Of a stretch of DNA of 44,199 bases, positions 10,237 to 19,437 are shown in pieces. The position numbers were made by a program, and so were the translations under genes. The DNA is from a virus (Duplodnaviria > Heunggongvirae > Uroviricota > Caudoviricetes), in the IMG/VR virus record IMGVR_UViG_2734482531_000011; one strand, 5' to 3'. Below the pieces are notes generated by a model that was not told the DNA's origin, did no database searches, and saw only the letters and a list, made by a program, of their open reading frames with translations. Within the stretch, counting starts at the first letter, position 1. Each line of letters starts with the position of its first letter.

Positions 10237-10570
10237 NNNNNNNNNNNNNNNNNNNNNNNNNNNNNNNNNNNNNNNNNNNNNNNNNNNNNNNNNNNNNNNN
10301 NNNNNNNNNNNNNNNNNNNNNNNNNNNNNNNNNNNNNNNNNNNNNNNNNNNNNNNNNNNNNNNNNNNNNNNNNNNNNNNNNNNNNNNNNNNNNNNNNNNN
10401 NNNNNNNNNNNNNNNNNNNNNNNNNNNNNNNNNNNNNNNNNNNNNNNNNNNNNNNNNNNNNNNNNNNNNNNNNNNNNNNNNNNNNNNNNNNNNNNNNNNN
10501 NNNNNNNNNNNNNNNNNNNNNNNNNNNNNNNNNNNNNNNNNNNNNNNNNNNNNNNNNNNNNNNNNNNNNN
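10237..10570. other. Run of 334 N (masked or unresolved sequence)
   Basis: Directly seen. Confidence 0.99.
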
Positions 10571-10594
10571 AATTTTTACCGGGAGGAAATTTTT

Positions 10595-11356
10595 ATGGAG
10601 ACTGTTTTTGACGCACTGAAAGCAATGGGAAAAGCCACATCCATAGAACTTGCTGCGCGACTTGATATCAGTCGTGAAGAAGTGCTGAACGAACTATGGG
10701 AACTGAAAAAAGCTGGTTTCGTTGATAAAAGCGCGTACACCTGGCGTGTGGCTGATAACAACGTTCAGCAGGAACAGCCAATGCAGGCAGAACTGCCGGA
10801 AGAAACCACCACGGCAACTGTAGTGAAAATCTCAGAGTGCGATTTAACCGCGACGATTGAACAACGCGGACCACAAACGGCGGATGAACTGGCTACGCTG
10901 TTCGGTACAACATCCCGCAAAGTTGCTTCAACGCTGGCAATGGCAATCAGCAAAGGACGCCTGATTCGCGTAAACCAGAACAGTAAATTTCGTTACTGCA
11001 TGCCGGGCGATAATTTACCAGCAGAGCCGAAAGCTGCATCGGTAGCGGAAACTGATGGTAAAGCCTTTCCTCAGCCAGCCGGTGTTGCGTTACCAGTACA
11101 GGAAGCGGCAACACAGGAAGATATTAAAACAGAAACTGTGGCGGACATTGTGCAGTCGCTGCCATCGTTTACTGAAACGCAAGCGGATGACCTAGTTTTA
11201 CCATCGCTGCATATGGCAAACCGCGAACTGCGTCGGGCGAAAAATCATGTCCAGAAGTGGGAGCGAGTCTGCGCCGCGCTGCGGGAGCTGAACAAGCACC
11301 GGGATATTGTCCGACAGATTGTCGATTCCTCCAGTCGTATTGTGTCGGAAAAGTGA
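10595..11356 (+). CDS. Hypothetical phage protein with N-terminal winged-helix-like segment, 253 aa
   Basis: ATG at 10595 preceded by GGGAGGA RBS; N-terminus [43 protein letters not shown] resembles a wHTH. Confidence 0.6.
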   Translation: METVFDALKAMGKATSIELAARLDISREEVLNELWELKKAGFVDKSAYTWRVADNNVQQEQPMQAELPEETTTATVVKISECDLTATIEQRGPQTADELATLFGTTSRKVASTLAMAISKGRLIRVNQNSKFRYCMPGDNLPAEPKAASVAETDGKAFPQPAGVALPVQEAATQEDIKTETVADIVQSLPSFTETQADDLVLPSLHMANRELRRAKNHVQKWERVCAALRELNKHRDIVRQIVDSSSRIVSEK

Positions 11357-11371
11357 TTGCCGGAGGCGCTT

Positions 11372-11788
11372 ATGGCAAAAGTTTTTACACAGGAAGAGCG
11401 TGAAAAAATTAAGGAGCAGGTTGTTGAGTTGGTACGCCAGAGTGGGCGCGAGACGTTAAGGCAACTGGAGGCCAAGACAGGTGCGACAAGATATCTGATG
11501 AGCATTCTTGCCAGAGAGTTGGTTGCCAGTGGCGATGTATACAACTCTGGCTATGGGTTATTCCCGTCTGAACAGGCTCGTAAGGATTGGAAAAACGCCC
11601 GCAAAAAACTATCCAGGGCAAAGGTGAAAAAAACGGTTGTGGTTGATCCTGACCTTATCTGGTCATTACCAGACGGAGAAATACGCCGCTATGACAGGCG
11701 TCAGAACATAATCTGTCGCGAGTGCCGGAAGAGTGAAGTTATGAAACGTGTACTGGCATTTTATCAAGGAAATCTTCGGTATTTATAG
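11372..11788 (+). CDS. Hypothetical phage protein, 138 aa
   Basis: ATG at 11372 with GGAGG RBS; ORF track start at 11357 is a TTG extension. Confidence 0.55.
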   Translation: MAKVFTQEEREKIKEQVVELVRQSGRETLRQLEAKTGATRYLMSILARELVASGDVYNSGYGLFPSEQARKDWKNARKKLSRAKVKKTVVVDPDLIWSLPDGEIRRYDRRQNIICRECRKSEVMKRVLAFYQGNLRYL

Positions 11789-11923
11789 ACGTTACTAGAT
11801 CAAAGAGCATTAGTTCATATGTAAATTGACATTTTTCTGGCACAGGGGAGAGCTAGCGTGGTTGTCCGCTTTGTGCCAATAGCGGACATTGCTGGCTCAT
11901 GGTATGTTAGTTTAAGGAGGCAG

Positions 11924-11953
11924 GTTATGCCCTGTATTTCGCTGTGGTATAAT
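11924..11953 (+). promoter_or_regulatory. Candidate sigma70 promoter with extended -10 (TGgTATAAT at 11945-11953), weak -35
   Basis: Perfect TGnTATAAT; followed by AGGGAG RBS (11972-11977) and GTG at 11987. Confidence 0.4.
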
Positions 11954-11986
11954 AGTTGCGCAATTGATACAAGGGAGCGTTACATC

Positions 11987-12949
11987 GTGAAAATTGTTTT
12001 CGAGGTTAATGGAAAGAAAGTTCCACTAAAATCTTTAAAATACATAAGCAAAAAAGATCAACTCGAAGTAATGAAAAACTGGTTCTTTGAAAACTTTGAA
12101 GATCCGGCAAATGCTTGTCCGTATGAAAGTAGAGAAGGTGGCTATGCTTACATATATGGCGGGCCGTATGATGCGAGCGAAGAACTACAATCCATCTTCG
12201 GTCAATATGTTAAATCTGAGTATATTGAGGAATTAGTAGATGAATTACAAACACAATGTTTTGACTGGTCTGGAAACTCAAATAATATAGATGATTGGTA
12301 CGATGATGATATCTACGACGCTGTAACGTCTTCCGGTAATCCGTATTTAAAATTCATTGATAATATCGATAAAATAAAAAAACTTGCAAAAGATAAAACT
12401 GAACAACAGCAAAAAAACCACTTGCTTAGTTTGCTCTACACGAATGTTATTACAGCTTTGGAAACGCTTTATGTTGAGCTATTCATTAATTCTATAGAGA
12501 AAGATGATGTCTACATAGCCAATTGTATAGAAAAAGGTAAGACTGAATTTAAAGTAAGCAAAGATATTGCTGCGTTGCCTTTCAAGGGTGAACCCATCGA
12601 GAAAATTAGGGGAGAGCTAATCAGGTCAATCAAGGAACACTTGATCAGTGCAAGCTGGCATAGCACTAAAAAGGTAATCGACCGCTATGAAGCTACATTC
12701 GATATAAAAGTACAAAAAGACTGTCCGATAGAAGCTATTGAATTGGCAACCCTCAATCGAAATCACTTAGTGCATCGTGGTGGAAAGGATAAAGAAGGGA
12801 ACCTCGTAGTGATTACAGACCAGGATCTTGAAACGCTGATTGAAAATGCATCGAACCTGGCAATTATGCTCTACAACAGTTTAAATGTAGCAACGAATAA
12901 AACCACCATTTTGCAACCAGATGACAAACCGTTCATTCATGAATTTTAA
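11987..12949 (+). CDS. Cargo protein A, unknown function, about 320 aa; R-x4-H (RNHLVH) motif near C-terminus (possible HEPN-like); start could also be upstream (ORF open from 11858)
   Basis: Long ORF in an AT-rich segment; own promoter and RBS; 15-nt gap to next gene. Confidence 0.7.
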   Translation: MKIVFEVNGKKVPLKSLKYISKKDQLEVMKNWFFENFEDPANACPYESREGGYAYIYGGPYDASEELQSIFGQYVKSEYIEELVDELQTQCFDWSGNSNNIDDWYDDDIYDAVTSSGNPYLKFIDNIDKIKKLAKDKTEQQQKNHLLSLLYTNVITALETLYVELFINSIEKDDVYIANCIEKGKTEFKVSKDIAALPFKGEPIEKIRGELIRSIKEHLISASWHSTKKVIDRYEATFDIKVQKDCPIEAIELATLNRNHLVHRGGKDKEGNLVVITDQDLETLIENASNLAIMLYNSLNVATNKTTILQPDDKPFIHEF

Positions 12950-12964
12950 TAGCGCAGGTCATAC

Positions 12965-13966
12965 ATGGATATTCGCACACGAAAGACAAAATTTTTAGAG
13001 TCGTTAGATTCAACTGAAGTGATACGCAAAGCAGTAAGTCTCGCTATAGATTGCATTATTGATAATCATAATAGTAATGAAGATACCCCCTTAGTTATTA
13101 CCAGCTATGATGATCTCTGTAGAATCCAGGTGCTAAATTATGTACAGGAGTTTTGCGAAGCTGCATTCCCTGATATGGATGAATATTACTTTAGTCCTAA
13201 CATACTTCGCATCAACGGCAAGACTAGTGAAGAAGCTTGTATTAACTTAATTAAACTCTTAAGAAGTACAAAAGGCATGCTATTCTGGTCCGATGCCCCA
13301 TCGTGGTTCGCTAGCCTCCCCGACGGATTATTCCATGTTGTTAACATTGATCAAAAAATCGTTACTCGCGGCCTTAATAAGAAAAACTCTAAGCCGACAA
13401 TAATCAATAAAGATTACAGTGTAGATACACTACTATCAGAGCTATTTTTGAATGGCGCACACATGGAGCAACCCAACGTACACAACGTTTCTGAGGGAAA
13501 CATGAAGTTCTATGATGAATGCCATGCTGGATTAATCAGACCAATACCCGCTCCAATAGGCGCGTCATACGATGAAGAGATCACAATTAATTCTCCAGAT
13601 TGGCAAAAGCTCGCGTGTGTAGCTTTACGCCGCTATCAGTCGAAGGAATGTCATGACGGAATGCAATGGGATACAACCGATCATGGTTGGACTGATGTAA
13701 TCGCGTATCCATTCGTCGAAGAAATACAATCAATGGATAATAGTGGTTATCGACAATGTTTAGTTGGGCTGGTCACAATAAACAATTCAAATGCAAATTC
13801 TCCGTACCTATCTACCGTTTGGATACATCCATTTTATCGCAGGAGAGGGTTATTAAGTAAGTTATGGCCAAAATTACAAGAGTTATATGGAAGTAACTTC
13901 GAAATTGAGCGACCTAATGAAAATATGAAAGCATTTCTGAAAAGTGCGAAACACGCAGATTACTAA
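12965..13966 (+). CDS. Cargo protein B, unknown function, 333 aa; C-terminal segment VWIHPFYRRRGLLSKLW weakly resembles GNAT motif A
   Basis: Long ORF in AT-rich segment, co-oriented and tightly spaced with protein A. Confidence 0.75.
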   Translation: MDIRTRKTKFLESLDSTEVIRKAVSLAIDCIIDNHNSNEDTPLVITSYDDLCRIQVLNYVQEFCEAAFPDMDEYYFSPNILRINGKTSEEACINLIKLLRSTKGMLFWSDAPSWFASLPDGLFHVVNIDQKIVTRGLNKKNSKPTIINKDYSVDTLLSELFLNGAHMEQPNVHNVSEGNMKFYDECHAGLIRPIPAPIGASYDEEITINSPDWQKLACVALRRYQSKECHDGMQWDTTDHGWTDVIAYPFVEEIQSMDNSGYRQCLVGLVTINNSNANSPYLSTVWIHPFYRRRGLLSKLWPKLQELYGSNFEIERPNENMKAFLKSAKHADY

Positions 13967-14143
13967 TTTATGAATCAGTCTGTGGAGTTAGGGTTGGTGT
14001 GAACAAGTAGGGTAAGAGCCTCAACGTGATGCTATGCCGACCTGCTCCCTGAGAATTCACACAGAAGGCTGCTAGCAATGTCTGCAGATCGCTCAAAGCG
14101 GACTAAAATGTTGGCTTGTTTCTGACTTAGAGCATTTAAGGAA

Positions 14144-14368
14144 GTGCTGGTGGTGACTGGTTGTTGTGTTCCATTTCTACAGAATAAAATCACAGAAACT
14201 ATACCCAATAGTTGTATTGAATCACTGACGAGACAGCCTCATATTTATCAGGACTGGTGTGCGTCTAATACAGGGGGTTGTCGTGCTGGTTCTCAAATGT
14301 GCGCTGGCTATTGCGGCTGTAATGGCAATTTATTGTCTTGCTGTTGTTCTTATGGAGCGGCTTTCTGA
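14144..14368 (+). CDS. Candidate small Cys-rich protein, 74 aa, GTG start; speculative
   Basis: ORF with 12 Cys, C-terminal CRAGSQMCAGYCGCNGNLLSCCCSYGAAF; no convincing RBS spacing. Confidence 0.25.
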   Translation: MLVVTGCCVPFLQNKITETIPNSCIESLTRQPHIYQDWCASNTGGCRAGSQMCAGYCGCNGNLLSCCCSYGAAF

Positions 14369-14586
14369 TTGATTACATACTGGCTAGAAAAAAGGTGTTA
14401 CCTTGGTTTATCTTTGTCCGGCAAGGTGCGCTCATTAATCTTAAGTAAATTTATTGCTCAAGTATTCAGATTACTTCTTATGGTTGAAGTCTCCTGTCAA
14501 TGTAGAACCAATATATTTACAAAAATGAGACCCGTCGGGGATAGCCCTGCCGGGTCTGACTGTTAAAGCATTTTTAATATGATCAT

Positions 14587-14925
14587 CTATTTTTTGGTGC
14601 TATAGACTTTTTCGCCCGAAAAGTCTGGAGCGACCCAAAAGTTAATATTAAACTGAGCATCATCGCTTAGTTCAACACGGTGCCAGTATTGTGGTGGGCT
14701 TGTTGCAAAAGCGCCAGCATTAATGACTACTTTTATCTCCGGTTCAGTAGCATTCTCATCAGTAAAACCATAATATGTTACAGTGCCTTCCATTACGCAC
14801 AACTGCCCAAAAACACCTGCTGCTGTATTATGATGTGTTAATAACGCTGAAGGTACGTTCTCTTTTGTGAAGAACGGAGTTGAGCGTTTGATTACCCAAT
14901 CTTTAGGAATTCTCTTGTGTGTCAT
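14587..14925 (-). CDS. YeaR/DUF1971-like cupin-type protein (TehB-associated domain family), 112 aa
   Basis: Pattern RSTPFF...PA...GV...L.VM.G.V.Y.GF.DE...EP......AG.FA..PP..WH...L.DD..FNI.FWVAP matches my recall of E. coli YeaR; strong GGAGGAGG RBS before ATG 14925. Confidence 0.7.
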   Translation of the reverse strand: MTHKRIPKDWVIKRSTPFFTKENVPSALLTHHNTAAGVFGQLCVMEGTVTYYGFTDENATEPEIKVVINAGAFATSPPQYWHRVELSDDAQFNINFWVAPDFSGEKVYSTKK

Positions 14926-15738
14926 AACCACCTCCTCCAAAACATGCATTAAAAATGCATCTTTTGGAGGGTTATGTCAAGCTGTTATGAAACACATAAT
15001 TGATATGTTGATTAGAGGAGAAGATAGAATAAATATGGTTGTTTTTCGTATAACTATTTGTTTTACTTTTAGTTTATGCATTCTGTGTGTTAGGAATAAG
15101 TTATTAAAGTTTAATCAAAAAATCTCGATGTAGTCCACATAGATTACTGTTACTGAACCTTATTGTGTGTATTAGTTGTGTTCTGAAATTTCAGCTTAAT
15201 TATTTATGATGTATTTTTTAACGATAAATATTTTCCCAGGATACCTTTACTGTGTATATAAATAAATTATATACGCATAAATAATGTAAAGGCGTCCTTT
15301 TAGATATATCTTATCAAATGTTAATGACTTGAGTGGGAAATATGATTCCAGCAACTTATCATGTGGCTACTTTATAAAAATAATGCCCATATAAAACAAC
15401 AAGCGAAAAGGATTACGGATAAAAAAGGAGCGAGATGTGCGAACTTGTTATTTTCCATGTTTAACCACCTTAAATAATTGATGATGACGGGATGATTGCA
15501 TCTGTAATGCTTTTATTGAAATGTTATGATAAAAAAGAACTTTTGCATAACATTAAAATGTAATTTATCTAATCGTTTTTAATAATAAGTGTCGTATTTC
15601 TATCCTTGTACCAGCTATTTGATATGTAGTGTTTGTTCATGCTATGTGGGGCTTTACACCATAGCCAGTTTATTTATACTTTATTCGTCAGCCTGAACAA
15701 CTGGCATCTGCTGCGCTGCGCCATCGAGAGATTGAGAA

Positions 15739-16338
15739 ATGGCGCATATACAACTGGTCAAACAAACCTCTTCTGGTTTACTTCTCCCGGCGACGCCGGA
15801 GAGTTGCGATTTTCTGCATCAAATCAAAATAGGTGAGTGGATACACGCAGACTTTAAGCGTGTGCGTAACTACGCATTCCACAAGCGTTTTTTCAAACTC
15901 CTGCAACTGGGATTCGATTACTGGACTCCGGTCGGTGGGGCGATCACGCCTCGCGAACGAGAACTGCTGTCTGGTTTCGTTGATTACCTGTGCGAATCAG
16001 TTGGTCGGGAACACACGCCAGCCCTGAGTGATGCCGCAGAGCAATACCTTAACACCGTTGCGACTCGTAGAACCCGGGATACGGCGTTGCTAAAGTCGTT
16101 TGAGGCTTTCCGCGAGTGGGTAACCATTCAGGCCGGATTTTACACCGAGCATATTTATCCGGACGGTAGCCGTGGGCGTCGGGCAAAATCCATCGCTTTT
16201 GCGAATATGGACGAAGTCGAGTTTCAGCAGGTTTATAAATCTGTACTGAATGTGCTGTGGAACTGGATTCTGTTCCGTAAATTCTCCTCTCAGGAGGAAG
16301 TTGAAAATGTGGCCGCACAACTACTGGAGTTTGCGTAA
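15739..16338 (+). CDS. Phage protein of unknown function (DUF1367-like by recollection), 199 aa
   Basis: ORF in nin-like position upstream of the YbcO-like gene; stop overlaps next start (TAATG). Confidence 0.6.
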   Translation: MAHIQLVKQTSSGLLLPATPESCDFLHQIKIGEWIHADFKRVRNYAFHKRFFKLLQLGFDYWTPVGGAITPRERELLSGFVDYLCESVGREHTPALSDAAEQYLNTVATRRTRDTALLKSFEAFREWVTIQAGFYTEHIYPDGSRGRRAKSIAFANMDEVEFQQVYKSVLNVLWNWILFRKFSSQEEVENVAAQLLEFA

Positions 16339-16628
16339 TGGTGAATTTACGTAAAGCGGCTAAAGGCCAGATGTGCCAGATCAGAATCCCTGGCTACTGC
16401 AATCACAATCCCGAAACCTCTGTGCTGGCGCATTACAGGCTGGCGGGGACGTGCGGAACAGCGACAAAACCACATGATATGCAGGCGGCGATAGCCTGTA
16501 GCTCATGCCACGATCTAATCGACGGGCGGGTAAAAACCAGCGATTACACCAAAGAAGAATTGCGCCTGATGCATGCTGAAGGGGTTTTTCGCACACAAGA
16601 AATCTGGAGAAAGAAAGGTCATTTATGA
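16338..16628 (+). CDS. ybcO: YbcO-like putative nuclease (DUF1364), 96 aa
   Basis: Cys/His pattern CQIRIPGYCNHNPETSVLAH...CSSCHDLIDGR resembles DLP12 YbcO. Confidence 0.7.
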   Translation: MVNLRKAAKGQMCQIRIPGYCNHNPETSVLAHYRLAGTCGTATKPHDMQAAIACSSCHDLIDGRVKTSDYTKEELRLMHAEGVFRTQEIWRKKGHL

Positions 16629-17167
16629 TTTACCCAACGAATACAGGAAAAAGCGGAGAACACCTTCGCCTCACCACGCTGGAAAGTGTCTGGATTCAGG
16701 GAAAACTACGTATGTGGGGGCGCTGGTCGTATATTGGCGGTGGCAGGTCAGGGAATATGTTCAATCAGTTGTTGGCATCCAAAAAACTGACGAAAACAGC
16801 CATTAATGAAGCCCTGCGCAGAATGAAAAAAGCGGGAATAGAGAAAGCTGAGCTGGAAGCGTTTTTGCGAGAGATGATCAACGGCAAGCAAAAGAGCTGG
16901 CTGGCGCATTGTACTGATGCAGAGGCGTTATGTATTGATCGAGTCATAAGTGAGGTGCTGGCAGAGCATCCAGGATTGATTTGCATTCTCCGGCAACGCT
17001 ATGAAGGGCGGGGGATGACTAAGCGCAAAATGGCTGAATTGCTAAATGATGCACACCCAGAGTGGTGTTTTAGCACATGCGAAAAACGGATTGCTAATTG
17101 GTTAGCTGTTGCTGAGTATGCCCTATATATTCCCATGCGTGAATCATTTGCTGAGAAAATGGCTTGA
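16625..17167 (+). CDS. Putative late-gene antiterminator Q-like protein, 180 aa
   Basis: Called by position (last gene before terminators and lysis region) and size; sequence family not confirmed. Confidence 0.5.
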   Translation: MIYPTNTGKSGEHLRLTTLESVWIQGKLRMWGRWSYIGGGRSGNMFNQLLASKKLTKTAINEALRRMKKAGIEKAELEAFLREMINGKQKSWLAHCTDAEALCIDRVISEVLAEHPGLICILRQRYEGRGMTKRKMAELLNDAHPEWCFSTCEKRIANWLAVAEYALYIPMRESFAEKMA

Positions 17168-17247
17168 TTTCTTACGTATAAACTGCTTCAATTTTGCTAT
17201 GCTTCGCAAAGCTGTATCGCGAGGCGGATTGCAGACATGGACATCGT

Positions 17248-17276
17248 AAAAAAACCGCTTAATGCGGTTTTTTTAC
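17248..17276 (+). terminator. Rho-independent terminator (stem ACCGC/GCGGT, loop TTAAT, U-run)
   Basis: aaaaaaccgcttaatgcggttttttta read directly. Confidence 0.6.
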
Positions 17277-17594
17277 GTCAGGAAAGCAGGGGAGAATGCT
17301 GCTAGTTGGGCAACTGGTCTTTCTGCTCCAAATTATAACAGAGACCAGTTATAGTTTCGGTGCTGTGTTTTTTTTACAATATTGTGATAACACATTGCTG
17401 GCGGGAGTTTTGATATTTCTTGGCAGGGGCTGATGATGCGTTATCCTGATGTCGTCAACTCATATAAAATGAGATGAGAGATCATTGCAGGGTGGTTTGT
17501 AATTCGCTGTTTAGCGGGACAATATGTTGTCTGATACAAGACACCCGACGCCTCAGATTACTATAATAAAGACGAAGCATCCTTTGTATTGACC

Positions 17595-17620
17595 AACCGC
17601 CTGTTTAGGCGGTTCTTTTT
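17595..17620 (+). terminator. Second rho-independent terminator (stem AACCGCC/GGCGGTT, U-run)
   Basis: aaccgcctgtttaggcggttcttttt read directly. Confidence 0.55.
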
Positions 17621-18211
17621 GGGCTGGTTTATTGTATGCCAAATGATTATTAAAAAGGTTGTGTTAATAACAAGATCCGAAATAATATGCCTGCATATTT
17701 TTATCTTGCTTATATTCTGCATATTGTGCATAGCAGGCTCATCCCTGCAATCAAAACTGTATGATGAGTATTTTTTGTTTTCCTTTTTTCCAGTCATCTG
17801 ATGATGACCTGCTTCTTTTTAATCCGGATCGACATCAGTTTTTTAAGATAATTCCTGCGAGTTATATGCATAAATGCCACAAACTCCGCATTTTATGTGG
17901 TTGGGAGTTGCCGGGCGCGCAGTGAGTTTGCTAAGAAAACTCCTGCATGGTGAATCCCCCTGTGCGGTGGGGTGATACCATTAACCTTTTCTGTCGCCGA
18001 CAGGTATCACGAACATTTTGTTCACCGGGAGGCACCCGGCACCATGCACTTCAATAGATTCTCTCCACATTATGGATATTCTTTCAGAATATCCCACGCA
18101 GACTTTGTGTAAATGTTAACAAATGTGCGTTTTATTTGATCTGATTCGCTGTTTGAGCGTCCAAAACAACGGTATATATAATCCTTTACTATATGACATA
18201 TGTGAGGAAAA

Positions 18212-18640
18212 ATGGGTTTTCGTAGCGCATCAATTCTTACGTTGATTATTAGTGGGATTATTATCGGGTGCACTGATGCTGTATCGACAAATTATCATGA
18301 CCGTACATCATATTACTCCGATAAAGCAATAGAGACACAGTATGTGAGTTCATCTGAACGTACTTCTGATGTTAGTGAGGATATCCGTCTGTATGCCCAT
18401 CAAATCAAGAGCGCCATCGAAAAACAGTTCGGGGATGCGAGTAAGTATTCAGGAAAAGAGTGTACACTGAGAATGCATATGGCCCCGAATGGCCTTCTAC
18501 TGGAGGTTAAAAGAGAAAGTGGAGACCTCGATTTATGTCGTGAAGCGATGAATGCGATAAAGAATGCTGATATACCTGCCCCCCCTTCGCCGGAAGTATA
18601 TAAAGTATTTCAAAATGGGGTGCTGGATTTTAAACCCTGA
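18212..18640 (+). CDS. Lipoprotein with TolA C-terminal domain (domain III)-like region, 142 aa
   Basis: Signal peptide with lipobox IIGC; C-terminus YAHQIKSAIEKQFGDASKYSGKECTLRMHMAPNGLLLEV...IPAPPSPEVYKVFQNGVLDFKP closely resembles my recall of E. coli TolA C-terminus. Confidence 0.75.
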   Translation: MGFRSASILTLIISGIIIGCTDAVSTNYHDRTSYYSDKAIETQYVSSSERTSDVSEDIRLYAHQIKSAIEKQFGDASKYSGKECTLRMHMAPNGLLLEVKRESGDLDLCREAMNAIKNADIPAPPSPEVYKVFQNGVLDFKP

Positions 18641-18790
18641 TATTTATTGTTTTGTAATAAACGGTTTCGGCTTAGGTTTGTTCTGACACAGCTACGGCAC
18701 TGAGCTAAATTTAGCGGATAGTCAGCTCTGAGCCAGTGGCGGACGTAACAACTACTATTGCTGAGATTTTAATGGATTGAGGAGCAAGAA

Positions 18791-19186
18791 GTGGGATTAA
18801 AGAAAATCGTTATGTTGACTTTTTGGGTCGGTTTTGTTGCGGGATGCACACCTTTACACCCTTCAGATTGCCACAAAACTACTGCTACAGGTAGTTGCAG
18901 TTCAGGACGCTGGGATGATCAGGATGAATGGGGGGCGCAAGCGCGGGGAATCAGAGCTGCAATTAATGCCAAACTTGATGAGCCGCATAACTGGAAAGGG
19001 AAAAAATGCAGGTTGCATATGGAATTCTCTCAGGATGGCACGGCGTTAAAAATATCTACCAGTAACGGTGATAAAGCCTATTGCGAAGCGATAAAGTCCG
19101 CAGCTCATAAAGCCAAATTTCCGGCCTTCAACAATCCGGAAGTCTACAGAGATTTTCAGAAATCTGGCTTTGACATGCGAGGTTAG
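18791..19186 (+). CDS. Paralogous lipoprotein with divergent TolA-III-like C-terminus, 131 aa, GTG start
   Basis: Lipobox VAGC; KKCRLHMEFSQDGTALKIS...FPAFNNPEVYRDFQKSGFD aligns with the upstream paralogue; GAGGAG RBS. Confidence 0.7.
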   Translation: MGLKKIVMLTFWVGFVAGCTPLHPSDCHKTTATGSCSSGRWDDQDEWGAQARGIRAAINAKLDEPHNWKGKKCRLHMEFSQDGTALKISTSNGDKAYCEAIKSAAHKAKFPAFNNPEVYRDFQKSGFDMRG

Positions 19187-19311
19187 CTCTTCAATTACTA
19201 TATCTCATTCATAGCAAACTGACAGATTTGATGATGTTCTATATACGAAACCTGTGATGTCAAGTCTGAGCTAATACAAATAAACATAATATCAGAGAAA
19301 TACATTTTATT

Positions 19312-19336
19312 AGCTCGCTACGGCGAGCTTTTTATA
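19312..19336 (+). terminator. Rho-independent terminator upstream of the lysis cassette
   Basis: agctcgctacggcgagctttttta. Confidence 0.55.
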
Positions 19337-19437
19337 TTGCATCGTCTCCAGCATATATATCAATTAAGGCTCTGATTGATGTGTCTGAAAGCCTACACAT
19401 AATAACTATGCCATCCGTTCCGTGCGGAGGTGAGGCT

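Noticed and set aside
11858-11986. Upstream extension of cargo protein A to the first in-frame start
   Set aside because: The extended -10 promoter and AGGGAG RBS lie inside this extension, which makes GTG 11987 the more plausible start; the longer form is not excluded.
15424-15463. Mini-ORF MCELVIFHV preceded by AAGGAG in the AT-rich region
   Set aside because: Nine codons with an SD-like motif could be a leader peptide, but the evidence is too thin to call a feature.
17168-18211. Possible tRNA genes in the Q-to-lysis interval
   Set aside because: Lambdoid phages often carry tRNAs here, but I found no cloverleaf-compatible sequence or T-loop consensus by eye; only terminators and a hairpin.
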